Positions 51,145-64,000 of a DNA stretch of 64,000 bases are shown here, piece after piece (the first letter of the stretch is position 1; each line of letters opens with the position of its first letter). Location of the stretch: positions 61,320,001 through 61,384,000 of the forward strand of contig NC_045697.1 of NCBI RefSeq assembly GCF_009834535.1, written 5' to 3'. The notes beneath the pieces were generated by a model that saw only the letters and a program-made list of their open reading frames with translations, was not told the origin of the DNA and searched no databases. A program made the position numbers and the translations under genes. This DNA comes from Camelus ferus. Taxonomy: Eukaryota.

Positions 51145-52814
51145 TAAAAGTAAGGACTAGTAAACATTTTATGAGAATTAAACTGTTCTAGATTTCTCTC
51201 CCTACTAGTTTTAAGGCCTAGTAAACTGACAGTTGCCTATTCAGTTCACCACAGAGAATTTACCTCTGGCATGTCACATGTGCTCAGAGCAACAGAGCTT
51301 AACTGAAGCAAGCAAAACTTTGCTATTGGCAAATGGATGCAAGTCTGGACTTCAGATCTACTGACGATGGGTAGCACAATCCTGTCCATCCAGAAACAGC
51401 ACATTGCAGCATTCTGAGGACACAAATACAGGCAGACACAAGTGTCACTGGTCCATTATACCTTGGATACTATCTTACCCTCTCAATGCATGCACCAGTT
51501 TAGACATTAATCTATCAATGGAGCACTTATATTCAAACACCCATTTCTTTTAGGAATATAAAGGCAATCTTGAAATTCTAGCATCTGACCACAAATAAAC
51601 AATACTGGTTATTTTCTTAAAGTGATTAATGGAGATAAATGTGAACTGATTTCATATCCTCACGATCACCCTGAAAGAATTCTACAACTATCAGACATTC
51701 CTCACAGTCTTGGTTATGTGATGTTTGCAATCTAGCACAAAACTGGGTGAAGGTTATGACATACTTGGGGGTTTATTGTCTATAATGGAATGTATTATTT
51801 TTCATAATTCTTGAACTCTGAGGACACAGGCTCTGTTAGTAGCCTGCTCATTTCTGTGCCAAAATACACCTTACCTGATAATGCTAATGATAAACAGTTA
51901 CTTACAGAAGTGCATTATTTCTACATGCAGAATTTGTAAAGAAAAGTAAGTCTTTAATCTGACCATTTCTGTAGATTCAGAGTTCAAGTATTAAAGGACT
52001 CAAAGGCTTGTCTGAAGAAATCACCCCAAACCAGATTTTGAGTCATAGGTAGGATTCAAGGATTAACATTTAAGAAAAATCAAACACCTCTCCATCCAGT
52101 CATAGTGAGATTTTATCACAGGTCACTTGGTAGACATCCTAGTTTTTACAAAATCATTGCATTGCAGACAAATTCTTTTTTTTTTTTTTTTAAGTTTTGC
52201 TGATATTCTGTAAGGAGAATTTTGAAGTCAATTTGACACAAAAATAGAAAATTATGTGATACTTTTACTACATAGAAACAAAAACTTTCACTTTTAGCAT
52301 GTCTCTATAATGCACATTTACTGGAGGGTAGATGACTCAAAATGTAGCACTCAGACATTGATTTCAAATTTCCTCCACTTTAAGAATGCTCAGGGGAAGT
52401 GAAACACAATCAAAGCTCTGTTGCCTTTCTCCCTCCTCTGCCCTCACCTTCCATAAACAACCAATCTCAAAAGGACATGCAAACGAGAGGTGAAGCCCCA
52501 CCTGGGAAGAGCAGGGGAATGCATAAGCCTGCATTTCTCTCCTGGGAAGAAATTACAGTGGACGCCTGTGTAAACACTTCTTGAGAACCTAAAGCTCTGA
52601 GTAAAAGCAGACTTTCTTCCTGGCTTTACTTACAATTGCCCACTGGTATCTAATTCACAGAATAAAATGTCATTCTTTTTAGTACAGACTTCAGACCAGT
52701 TTGATCACTAACAGATCTTATGCTGTCAGTTTGACCCCAGTGAAAACTACCTTTTCCTAAAATTCACTTTCAGACATTACAATTTTTAAAGTCAAAGATT
52801 TCAGATAAATAATA

Positions 52815-52990
52815 CTGTATTGAACACTTATATTAAGAGTTGATGTGCATAATCTCATTTAATTCCCATAATATGAGATGAGTACTATAATTATCTGTGT
52901 GCACAGGTAAGGAAGCTAAAGTTTAGAAAATTTAAGTGTTTGTCTCCACTCCCCACTGGAGCAGGACTAGGGTGTGATCTGTGTGACCTC
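52815..52990 (-). mobile_element. MIR SINE
   Basis: tattgaacactta...tgcataatctcatttaattccc..atatgagatgagtactat...aaggaagctaaagtttaga. Confidence 0.75.
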
Positions 52991-55900
52991 ATTCAACCAC
53001 TACCCTAAAGATTAGAGGCAAAGAAACAAAATTGGTAAACAACACTATAATAGTCGTTTGAAAAATTTAGTTACCAAAAAGAAAAAGAGAGAGACAGAGC
53101 AGCAGGGAAAAAGAAATAAAGAACTTATTGGAAAATGTAAACATATTAAGAAACTTTTAAACTAATGTTTTTCATGATTTGGTTATAATATAGTTAACAG
53201 CCTTCTATCACCTAATTAGCAAGAATTGATTCATTTTAAATCTGAGATGTTTCTTCTTACTGTTTCTTTCTTGTGCACTCAGAGCATATCATGCTTATTT
53301 TGGACACTTATACACAACAGTTGAAAACCACACGGAACAAAACGACAGAAATGAGAAAGCACTGTAAATAAATTCATTTTTGTTGCAGTCAGTGAAATAT
53401 TCAACTATGGTCAGAATTAACACTTTAATTTTTATTGGAAATTTTTGTTTGTGGGCTCTAATATGCTAACACATTTAACCTGCCTTATTTATTACCAAGA
53501 ATTTTCTGGTAATGGAGAAATGCCTGGCATACAGAAGTCATTTCATAACTTTAGGTTAAGTGAATCATATATAAAGTTAAATTAATTACATCTGTGCATT
53601 TATAGCCCAACAAAGAGTGTTTTTCTATTTAAGGGAATCTTCATTTAAAAAAATCCCTTCCCATATCAGGTTTTGATTAAACCAGGTATGTGCCTTCTCC
53701 TCCAGATGCAGTTCATTGCTTTGCATTAGCTTTAAATATTTTTAGGACACACAGACATTTATAATGAAACTACCCAGACTAAATACCTGTTCTAAGTTCT
53801 TTGCCTGGAAATGGTTTTATTATCAGTATATTGCTTTTTCAGTATTTAAATACTGCACTATTTTAGCAAAGCATAAGAGAATTAGCTGTGGATGTTGAAT
53901 AGTTCAAACTGTTTCAAGGAGTATCTGCTTTCAATGTTTCCGGAGAGCCTATTTCACTTCTTGTTGCCTCATGAAGGGATGAGACGGTATATAAAGTCAG
54001 AAATGTGTCTGTTCTCTGAATTTCACAGCAAAATAAATCCTGCAGGATAAATCATCCTCGATGATGAAAACGGTGTTCTCTGAGGAACTCTTTTTACATA
54101 ATACAGAGGAAGGACAGTAAACATTTTAATTTTTCATCTGAATCTATTGCTATAGGCCATTAGCAAAGATCATTACAGCCCAAAACAAAAATCAAACTAA
54201 TGTTGCACTGCCACCTTTCAAAGAGCAAGAGCGATTCATCATGTCAGAAACAGAAAAGGGCGTTTCTTTAATCAAATAGGTATGAAGAAATCCCTGATCT
54301 ATGGTGCGGCTTAGAGTAGGTGCTCTCACAAGAGAAAAGTAGCTTTAAGAATCAAGAGAGTGGTTTCACTCTTTAAAAAATTTTTTTTTGCTTTTTCTTC
54401 CTTAATGAGTGGGTATTAGTAGCATTTATATGAATTTAAATCATAATAGACACTTTATAATAATAATAAAGTTAAAAGAAAAAATGTATCTTTACATTGA
54501 GCGAGGACTGTCCTAAATGCTTTACATACATAAATTCATTCAAAATAAACATGCTTATAAAGAAATGTCACTCCAAATGTCATCTAGTATATCCTTTTGG
54601 AAAAACCCTTCTAGTAGTTGACCTAATCTAAGGAAAACAGAAAGACGGCGAGTCAAGACAATGGGAACGTAACTCTCAACTTTAAATTTGCTTCATTTTT
54701 TTCATTCATTTAATAAATGAGAGCCCCTGAGGATGTACACTGTAGAATCTGCCTTCACAGAGCACACAAACTAGTAGGAAGACTGGTATTCTGATAGGCT
54801 TTCCCTATTTTCAAAAATTAAGATGATTTAAACAAACTCTCAATGTGTTGAAATCTTCACAACAAAAATGAGGATAATTATAGATTTCTATTATAAAAGT
54901 TATAAAAAATATTATGTAACAAGTCTTCACTTAGAGAATGCATAATGATTGGCAGCTAAAATTCAACTATTGAAATATTCTCGGAAGCTTAGAAAATGTG
55001 TAGGAAAGCTTGTCAGAATTCTAAAGTTCTCGATTTAAACAGAAGAATATCTGGAGAGCAATATAAGTAAGAAAAACTGACAGGCATAGCATCTAGAAAG
55101 TAATGACAAAAACCTTTATTTCATATCTATTTTCTCATTCTAAAGATTAAACATGTTCACATGTAATAAGCTTAACTTGAAAAAATCTCCCTCTTGACTC
55201 TCTCCTAATATTGTGAGTAACAGGAAATTGTCTTAGACATGGCTCACATATTCATTTTATTAGGGTTTGAAGAACACATGTCCATTTTATGCAAAACAGG
55301 AATATGTTCCAAATCAGGACAGTAAAAAGTATAGATGGACCTTCGAGCCTCACCTGTGAGGCTTCCATGTCGTTTGAAGTCACCGTTCACCTTTCTTGGC
55401 CACATCATCTCCTCCAGTTGCTGAATTCTGAGAGGACAGATGCAAGACCAAGTTCTCCATTCTTTAAGAAACTTTGCTGTTAGAACTGTCCTTCCCATTC
55501 ACCTCAGCTATTTCGTAGTGTGTGTTTTATGAAGTCTACAGAGAAATGGAGTACTTTCTGCTAAAATATTGGGGTAATCTAATGTATCTTCTTGTGAGTT
55601 CACATATGTTTTCTAACATGTTCTTCCTCCCTACACTCTGAAAATTGTGTGCAGGTAGCCTGAGGTCACAGAACCAAAAAATCAAATTGTAACATAGGTA
55701 CAAGATTCAAAGTTAAGAAAATATTAAGAAACAATTTATAGGAATTTATAAGAAAACAGCAACCTCAAATCTAAAGGAAAAATCTTAACAGTAAAAGCAG
55801 AAAGACAATGCGAAGTTGGTAATCATCATTCACCAAGTGGCAGGGAAATCAGAACATCATCAAAGATGATGGATGAACTTCAGATAATTGCATGGGTGAG

Positions 55901-56482
55901 TTTTAAGTTTAAGACAATGAAATTTGAGGGACTGAATTTTGTAAAAGTTTGGGCAGTTAGCAAACAGATTTTATGACTGTTAAAAAAAACATTTTGGACC
56001 ATTTGTTACTGAGACAGGAAAACATGAATAACTTAATAAAAAATACATAATCTAAACAGGATTTGAGCAAAATATCTCTGCAACATAAGGATACACTCAA
56101 ACAGACCTTAGTCAGAGTCATTAGAATTAAAAGCATAATTTTTGATGGGTGAAGTGTAAGAGAAACATACTTAAGAAAATGAGATTTAAAAATGATATGT
56201 TATTCCCCACATTCAAGGCCTCTGTAGATGCTGTGTTTTCTTGAATGTTTATCTTTGAGATGGGAGTGTGGGCAGAAAGCAGAAGTTTTGTTTTTTTTTT
56301 TTTTTTTGTGCGTTTTTTTTCCTTAAGGAGTTTCTCTTACAATGTAATACATAGTTATGCCAAACTTTGAGCTAGTTTCATAATATCAGAAGTTATTCCT
56401 CCAAAGTTAACACCTCACAAGGTAATGGAAGTCACTGAAGAATAATACCACATCCAAATTTGTTAGAAAGCCTTTGCTGTAA

Positions 56483-56795
56483 TAACAGAAAATTTAAAGG
56501 GCGCTGAAATTACTCTGTGATACTGCAATGGTGGATACATGGTATTATACATTCGTCCAAACTCATAGAATGTACAACACCAAGAGTGAACACTAATGTA
56601 AACAATGGACTTGGGGAGGTACTGATGTGTCAATTCAGGTTCATCAATTGTAACAGATGTACCGCTCTGGTGGGGGATGTTGATAAAGGGGAGGGTGTGC
56701 ATATGTGGGGCAGGGTTAAATGGGAAATCTCTACCTTTCGCTCAACTCTGCTGTCAACCTAAAACTGCTCCAGAAAATGAAGTCCGTTTTTTAAA
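56483..56795 (+). mobile_element. LINE-1 3' UTR (L1MC1-like)
   Basis: atggtggatacatg.tattatacatt.gtccaaactcatagaatgtacaacaccaagagtgaac.ctaatgtaaac.atggactt...aacctaaaactgctc. Confidence 0.92.
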
Positions 56796-57794
56796 CTCAA
56801 ATGTATTTAGGCAAATTGAGAGAGTTCTCATAAAGTGTGTGTGGCCACAATAAAGGCAAATGGTCTCCAAGAAACAGGGAACAAGGGACTAGACTGCTGC
56901 TGAACTCTCCTTCAGTCTCTCTCCTCTATCTCTTTCCTTCTAACCTCACTCCCCTGCACCCGTGCATAGCCTCTTGGTTTCTTTGGCAGAGCCAGTCTTT
57001 AACGCAGAAAACAACTGCTATAGCACATCCGTCTCACTACGAGACATGGGGTACGAATGCGTTGCTCTATTTCTAGTTCAAGACTTCCAATACATGCCGC
57101 TGAAGATCCCAGCTGGTTTGGATGCCCATTTTCATTGAAACTAACCATCGCCAGGATTCCAAAAGAATATGAGGACATAGAAATCCCACTGAAACCACAT
57201 GGTTGGAGTGGGAGAAATAGGTCTTCCTAGAAGATGCGGGGATGAATGCCAAGCAGACCTGCAATCTTTCTTCATACGGCTCTATCTCATATTTCATTTC
57301 AAAGGAGATTAGCAGCACTCTGGGAAACTCTGCTACAAATTGGCCATGCTAGATAAACATTTGGCCTTGCAGTTTATAGTGGTTCCATGACCTACTCTTT
57401 TTGGTCACCTCCCTGCCTGGTGTTAAGAACATCATAATTGCTTATGAATCCATAGGTATGAGGAAAGCTCCAGCAGGATTTCTGTGTAGAGCATTGTTTT
57501 TAAACTGCTGAAATATACCCTAAAGGCTTGGTTAAGGTGTTTAAATAATGCATAATACTGAGAGTCAGCTTACAATTCATGCTGCTTTTCTCCAGGTCAA
57601 GCATCAAAGGGAAAAAATAGCATCATATGTTACTTCTTCCTTTCAACAAATTTTTGTTATAAAAGAGCAGATCTAAGTTGTTCAAAATGTTCCTTTACCA
57701 ACTCAAAGGGGACAAAATTATCTTCCTTTCAATTTTTCAAATAGAGTGAATGATGCCACTATTTATATCTAACGCAGAATTTGTCTGTATGGTC

Positions 57795-57935
57795 TTGGCC
57801 ACCTGCAATAGAAGTACTGGTATTCTTGTTAAATCTACTGAATTGAACCTTGATGGGTTGACATCAGTAAATGTGCACTTTTTTAAAAAAAAGGTCTTAA
57901 GTGATTCTTATGAACAAATTTTGAAAAACATTGAA
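57795..57935. mobile_element. hAT MITE fragment (MER5-like)
   Basis: cttgttaaa..ctactgaattgaa...atgtgcacttttt..aagtgattcttatg..caaattttgaaaaacattg. Confidence 0.55.
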
Positions 57936-58134
57936 AGTATAAATATTCTGTATAGTTCCACACATCACTGCCTTTCACATATCTAGTATCTGGTCAAATC
58001 ATATAGATTTTTTCCAGTGCAGATTTATCTATTCAGGACACAATTCTTAAGTGCCCAATATGTGTTTTACAGAGTGCTTCTTTTATTTCCCTTCAACTAC
58101 ATCCGTTTTAACCAACTGCTAATCCAAGATGACT

Positions 58135-58600
58135 GCATCATTCATTTGTTTATTCATTCTGCCACTCAATTAATATAAGATACTTATTTTACACCACATA
58201 CTTTATAGATACCATGGATACAAATGAATCCAGCACAGTCACTGCCTGGGCTCACAAAACAGGAGCAATCAGACACTAGACATACTCTGGTATAGACAGG
58301 ATGAGTGCTGTGATGCACAAGATGCCCCACAGTGGGCAAAAGGAGCAACTGATAGGAAACCATTGCAACAAGTCTCTTAAAAGCATATACCTACTCCAAA
58401 CTTTATATTTATTTTGATATAGTTTTACTAAAGTTATCCACTGATGTTATTGCCTCAATCAATCCATAAAATTTATCTGAACACCTATCATGCGCAGGAC
58501 AATGTTCTAAGTACTGATTAGAAAATACAAAATTATGAGATTTGCTTTTGAATTCATTAAGATTGTTAATGAGATAACATACTATTAAACAGAAAGACAT
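58135..58600 (-). mobile_element. LINE-2 3' fragments
   Basis: cattcatttgtttattcattc...ggatacaaatgaat..cacagtcactgcc; atttatctgaacaccta.catg.gcaggacaatgttctaag. Confidence 0.65.
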
Positions 58601-58939
58601 TTAAACATCCTGTAATGAATTTCTACCATTCAGTGACTTGAGTCTAAAATATTCACAAGTAACTTCAAACCCCTTTGCTAGAGCACAACTATGGATAATC
58701 CTAATTTCTTTTGTTCTGATTTCTAGAGCTGTCACCAAATCTACCCACAAATTCTTGCTAAAGTCATCTGTCTTTTCCCTTTGAGCTTTCCCTTATATTC
58801 CTTAGTCCCTCAACACCTGCTGATTTTCTGAACAAACATAATGACAAATTTCCATTTGTTTCATACATCTAAAGAACAAGTTAAGAAAAACTACATTGCT
58901 GTATATTTAAATATGTGCCTTTGTTTTATTTACCTTGTT

Positions 58940-59640
58940 CTAAGCTATTCTCTGAGATGGTGTATCATCAAGTTCTTCCTTCTTCTAGGAATGCTCTTTA
59001 CCTCAATCCTTATTTGACTTACTCATTCCTCAAGTTTCAGTTTAAAAGACTCAGCCTTAACAATTTCAATTCCCTTCTTCAAACCCAAGCCAGTTTCCCT
59101 GTTACACTATCTCTAGAAGTTGGACTTTCCCTTCAGGGTAGGTGTAATAAGTTTTATTGTTGGTTGGTATATATATTCAGTAATATCTCTCCTCCTGTAA
59201 AATGTAATTTTATGAGGACCAGAATAGTACTTTTTAGTCACCATTTTTTTGCATGCAGCACGTAAGTTCTTGGCTAGTTTACTGTAGGTATACAAAAACT
59301 AATTTAGAGTAGATAAATTACAAAAACAAAATTTTAAATTGTATTTCAGTATATGAGAGAATCAATGCTAAACAGAATATCTTAAGTATAATTACATTTA
59401 TTATCTCTACCACTTTCTGCAGTTAAGAATCTGAGTATATATTAACATGTTTTTAATCGTTATGCAGCTATTCCTTGAGTTTATGTGTAGTATTTGTGAT
59501 TAGGAATTAGGAAACATTAAAGGTTAAGGGATTTTGCCTTTTGCATCCTCTGCACAGCTCAAGGTATTTAGAATGACACTGAGCACACTGTAGGTTCTTA
59601 ATACTGCTTAGTGAATCAAATTGAGTTGAATTGAATTGAA
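58940..59640 (+). mobile_element. LINE-2 3' fragments
   Basis: ttccttcttctaggaatgctctt, tactcattcctcaagtttcagttta, tttagaatgacactgagcacactgtaggttcttaat...gttgaattgaattgaa. Confidence 0.6.
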
Positions 59641-59699
59641 ATGAGTCAAAGAAGAAACTTCATAACATTCTGCCTTCTGAGTTTGGCAGATAAAACACT

Positions 59700-59870
59700 G
59701 AAGTGCCAGTTAGAATGACTGTACTTAGCTCTCAACTAGCCAGTGATTTGAAGCCATTTGAAAGCTTTCCAATTTTCCATCTACAGAATGAGAATAATGC
59801 CTGTCATCTTCAGGAGGATGCCATGAATATTATATACCACCTTTACGTGAAAAAAGCTTAATAATATGAA
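59700..59870 (+). mobile_element. MIR SINE
   Basis: caactagccagtgatttg..caattttccatctacagaatgagaataatgcctg. Confidence 0.65.
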
Positions 59871-60209
59871 GTATTGTCATTCAATACCTGAGCAAGTTAA
59901 GCACAAAGCTGCAAGTAATATAATTAAGGTTTAATTCACATAGGTAGAAATCTGTTAGAGTAGAGAAATATACTTAGAGAAAGTTGTAAAATAAATTTTT
60001 TGTGATTTGACGACACATCTCTTTGACTTACTAATTCTGGGGTGCCTTTGGAGTCTTATCTGTTTTTAGATCTTGGAGAAGAGTATGAGGCTTGCACTAA
60101 TAACATGTAAAACTTCTCTATTGCTGATAAAAGTTTGTGGTTGATATTATATTTACTCAGTTGTATCATGCAAACTCCAAAAATAATGAAGCTAGCAGGA
60201 CAGTATTTC

Positions 60210-60715
60210 TAATGGTCTTCTGGCATACTTTTGTCTACCAAGCAACTAATCTATTAAGAGAATTATCCGTCCCCAACAGTGTGAGACTGTTCAATCATAC
60301 TCCTTCCATTACCACAATCTCCATGATAAGGTTGAGCATACAAGTGTACATATGACCCAAGGAAGGTCAATTAGAAGCATGTTGGTGAAATCAATAAGCA
60401 TGTTACATGGAAGAAGGATTCCTTCAATCAAATACTGCAAGTCCCTTAGACATTATTAATCAGGATCAACTAGAGGGTCTCACTGTTGCCAGATGTAGAG
60501 AGGCTGCCTAAGAATAAAGTCACCACTGTAGAAAGAAGAACCAAGAGATTGAGAGAGAAAAAGGCAAATATATGAGGAAACAGTTGGAAGAGGAAAAACA
60601 TTTTTTCCTGTAACCATTATCCATCATTAGACTTGCAAGTAGTCATGTATAACTACATTGCTTTTACCTTAACCAAATTGGAGTTGGGTTTTAAAACCTG
60701 CACTTTCATAACCCT
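60210..60715 (+). mobile_element. Old MaLR LTR (MLT1K/L-like)
   Basis: catatgacccaag..ggtcaattaga, gctgcctaagaataaagtcacca, cttaaccaaattggagttgggtttt. Confidence 0.6.
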
Positions 60716-61164
60716 TCTTATGAACTCTCCTTGATGCAGAATAGGAATCTTCTGTCTCATCTTCATTTTCCCTGTCCCATATCTAAACTCAATAACAGCC
60801 TCAATGAACACAATAACAACTTTCACAATTTGGAAGCTTTATGAGTATTATTTTTCTGAGAACTCTGAAGTGATAGACTATAACAGTTGTGAATAAGTAG
60901 GAAGTCTGAAAACAGGATTTCACGTTGATTGTGTTAAGCATAAGTTTACTCATGAAAAAAAGTCATTTCATTATTTTATTGTCATAACATCCTATTTGAG
61001 TTGTACCTAACTTAATTGTCCTCAAAAATAAAAACTATAGTAGAGATATATTCATAAAATGTTATAGAGAGAGTCTTGATACAGGACTTCACTCAGTGCT
61101 TACATTTTCAAACAAGTGGCCATTTGGTACACATGATCCCTCTAGTAACAAAAACAGAAACAGA

Positions 61165-61345
61165 ATCATCAGCCCTGAGGAATACATTCCATTTGGGAGA
61201 AGTTTTGTTTGAGAGAAAGTTGGGTTTTTTTTAATAGTGATCTGAAATCTCCTTGCTTTGACTTTGTTTTGGCCGATGGTGTTTGTCCTTTCGTTCTGCA
61301 ATCTGAAATAGATCAGACCACTTCTCTTCTGTTCATCACTGCAGT
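61165..61345 (-). mobile_element. CR1/L3 LINE relic
   Basis: cattccatttgggag..gttt.gtttgagagaaagtt...tgaaatctcc..gactt...gtcct..gttctgc..tctg...cttctcttctg. Confidence 0.55.
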
Positions 61346-63129
61346 ATGATCACACAATTAATATGTGTACTATTTGTTATATATGTGAATGAATATTTCT
61401 GAGTAAATAAAATCATTAATTAATTCATGAGTAAATAAACTGATGGACAGATAATCTCTGTGACCATGTAGAATAATTCCAATATTGAAAAATAACTCTG
61501 TGGTACTAAGCATTCAGTTTTTCAAGTTGAACAGCTTCTTATTTCAAACTGGTAGTCAAACTCTTCACTATCCTGATTGTTATTGTAAGATTAATTCCAG
61601 TCCTTTAATGTCTCTTTAGAAGCACGTTCTTCTATGATTCTATGATTGCATCCTAAGAGCCTAATAATTTTTCCTTTCGTATTTTGTTTGTTTTTGTTTG
61701 TTTGTTTGTTAATCAGTGCATCATACTGTTGACTCAAAATAAATATGGAGTAAGCTAAAATCCTAGGATGTCTCAAATACTGCACTTGTGTGAATTTTTA
61801 GATTTTTTTCATATCAAAATTCCTGTTGCTAGATTGAATCCATCAAAATCCAATTTTTGATATTAACTATGTTATCAAATAGATCTGCCTTTTAGTTTGA
61901 TGAATTTGGTACATTTTTACCTATTATGATGTTTTTATACAAAAATATATTGAATAGAAGAAGAAGCACTCAGTACATATTTTTGAATAAAGAAAATCAG
62001 TGAACACAATAAAATCAATGATGTATTCAGTCCAGTTCTAATTTAGGATGAGCAAGGATCAGAACTATTGGCAATCACAGGTTTCTAATCATTAAAGGAA
62101 ACCTGGCCATATCACTTTTTGCACTCAGTATTGCAACATGCTAATGAGAACATAAATATTCTAGCTAGGACATCTATCAGGAGAAGGTACGGACTTATCT
62201 TGGAGCTTTATTGTAGACAGTGGCACTTTGTTTTTACCTGATGTGTTGCCAATTTAGTGTTTGCCTGATTGCAATAAATCTTCTTTGACATGCACTTAAT
62301 ATGAGCTTTTAGATATATATTGAATCTGAAAAAAAAAGAGGAAGAATTGCTGTTGATTTGGTCTTCTCTTCCATCTCACAGAAAAAATTTAGGAAGAGCA
62401 GCAAGAAACATACAAGAGAAGCATATGCCTAATGGAAAGAAGTAGGTCTTGAAAACATCCAAGGGAAGCCCATGCCACTGAACAGCTAATTAGTGTCTTC
62501 ATTAGTGCTTTACAACAAGAAATATGAGCATGAAGGGAGGGAACTCCCAGATTTCTCCAGAGAGATTACAAAACAAAGTACTCCTTGATCTGATCTCATC
62601 TGTTCTTCTCTTTTGTCTTTACAGACAAAGAGGAGACATAAATAAGCTCCCACCTTCTGCCAAGGGCTGCACTGCATGCCAATTATTTAAATGATGAAGG
62701 AGGAGAGATGCCTATTGGGAAGTGCACTTAAAAGGAGAAAAAGAGGCCAAAACACCTTTATCACGGTAATAGATCCATTCCCCCTTTATTCCAGATTTGT
62801 GCACATTTAAGACAGAAACCAAGAGGCCTTGAGCTGTAAATTCTTGTTCCTTTACTTTGCATAGGCTTAACTAGATAAACCCTTAGAAGTACAGCTTCTT
62901 ACACATAGCAAAAGGAGGGAGATTCTAGCAAGTTCCTTCAAAACAGCAGTTGTTCCCTCAGAATCAACATCATCTTGAAAGAATAAGGTCGTATTTAACT
63001 AAAACATCCTACTGCCAGGTTCTCCTGAAAAATAACAGAATTTAGATTTTAATCCCCAAGATTTTTCAGTAATAATAGTTAATAGCTGATATTGTAATAT
63101 TTATGACATAAACTAAAATATGTTAGTAT

Positions 63130-63497
63130 AAATGAATCTGATTGCTATTGCTACATAACAAACCCCTCTAAAACTCAATGGCAATCTAAGCTGAGCTCAG
63201 CTGGGCAGTTCTGCCTTGGGCTTCAGTGACCAAATGGCTGTTGCCCACTGAGGGTGCATGGACTGACTGCCAGCCACGGCACGTTATTTTCACAGCAATG
63301 CACATGTGCAAGAGAGTAAGCAGACACACAGGAGGCTTCTAGGGTCTCAGCTCAGAAATGGTACTCTGTCACATCTACCTCATTACATTGGCCAAAACAA
63401 ATCACATGAGCCCAAGTTTGAAAAACTGTGAAGTCACATGGCAAAAAGCATGGATACAGGAGGAAGAAAACTGGCACCAAGGAGGCAAACTACCACA
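63130..63497 (-). mobile_element. MaLR solo LTR (MLT1I/J-like)
   Basis: gctattgctacataacaaacccc.ctaaaactcaatgg, ctgagctcagctgggcagttctg, cattggccaaaacaaatcacatg, ends actaccaca. Confidence 0.82.
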
Positions 63498-64000
63498 GTG
63501 AAAAGTAAATGTATATTCTGACTTGAGGATTAGCAGTTGGCTCATAGAAGAAAAGTTGTATCAGTGGAAACCAGAATTAATAAAGGTTATATGAAATAAA
63601 AATTGTTGTCAAGATGTTAGATATGCTTTGAAACAAATACCCATGGCAAATTGTGATTGGACATTACTCAAAGTTTTCAGTATAGCAGCTTATTGTCTGT
63701 TTGCATATATGAATTCCTTTAAAAATTGGAAAAGACTGCAACTGGGAATGTCGGGAATGGATAAAGGCAGGTATTCTTAGAAGTGTGCATGACATGAGGA
63801 AACAGTGAGGACAATGGGAGGTACAGTACAGAGTTTAAAAAAAAATTTTTTTTAAAGATTGGTTTTAGTTCAAAGGGTTTTGTGGAAACTTAAAGACTTT
63901 TGAACAAATACTTAAAATAACAAAAGTAGTTAAGTGGGAGGAAAAATCTGCCTGGGTATGTCAGATTGAGAGGAATGGGAGAGTCCAGAAGGCAGGATTC

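Overview
AT-rich, CpG-depleted placental-mammal genomic DNA, either intergenic or deep intronic. I recognise no protein-coding gene, RNA gene, CpG island or CRISPR array. The listed ORFs are chance frames, microsatellite read-throughs or decayed LINE-1 ORF2 pieces. Much of the window is interspersed repeat: L1 fragments of several ages, many L2 and MIR relics, about 15 solo LTRs (MaLR MLT1, MLT2, MER21-, MER34-, MER67- and LTR16/33-like), hAT MITEs (MER58, MER20, MER5-like), a CR1/L3 relic and microsatellites. I see no Alu, B1, Bov-A, PRE-1 or Can-SINE. A 64-bp young L1 tail resembles camelid L1 3' ends, so a camelid source is a tentative guess. All family names come from my recall of consensus sequences and need a Dfam/RepeatMasker check; boundaries of old repeats are approximate. 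I found no convincing novel biological system. The most notable items are a palindromic MITE-like element with 15-bp subrepeats, an L1 with a microhomology-bounded internal deletion, a 64-bp L1 insertion with a perfect TSD, a triple-nested retroelement, an 18-bp CAAGTG minisatellite and several repeat-free, motif-rich candidate enhancers.
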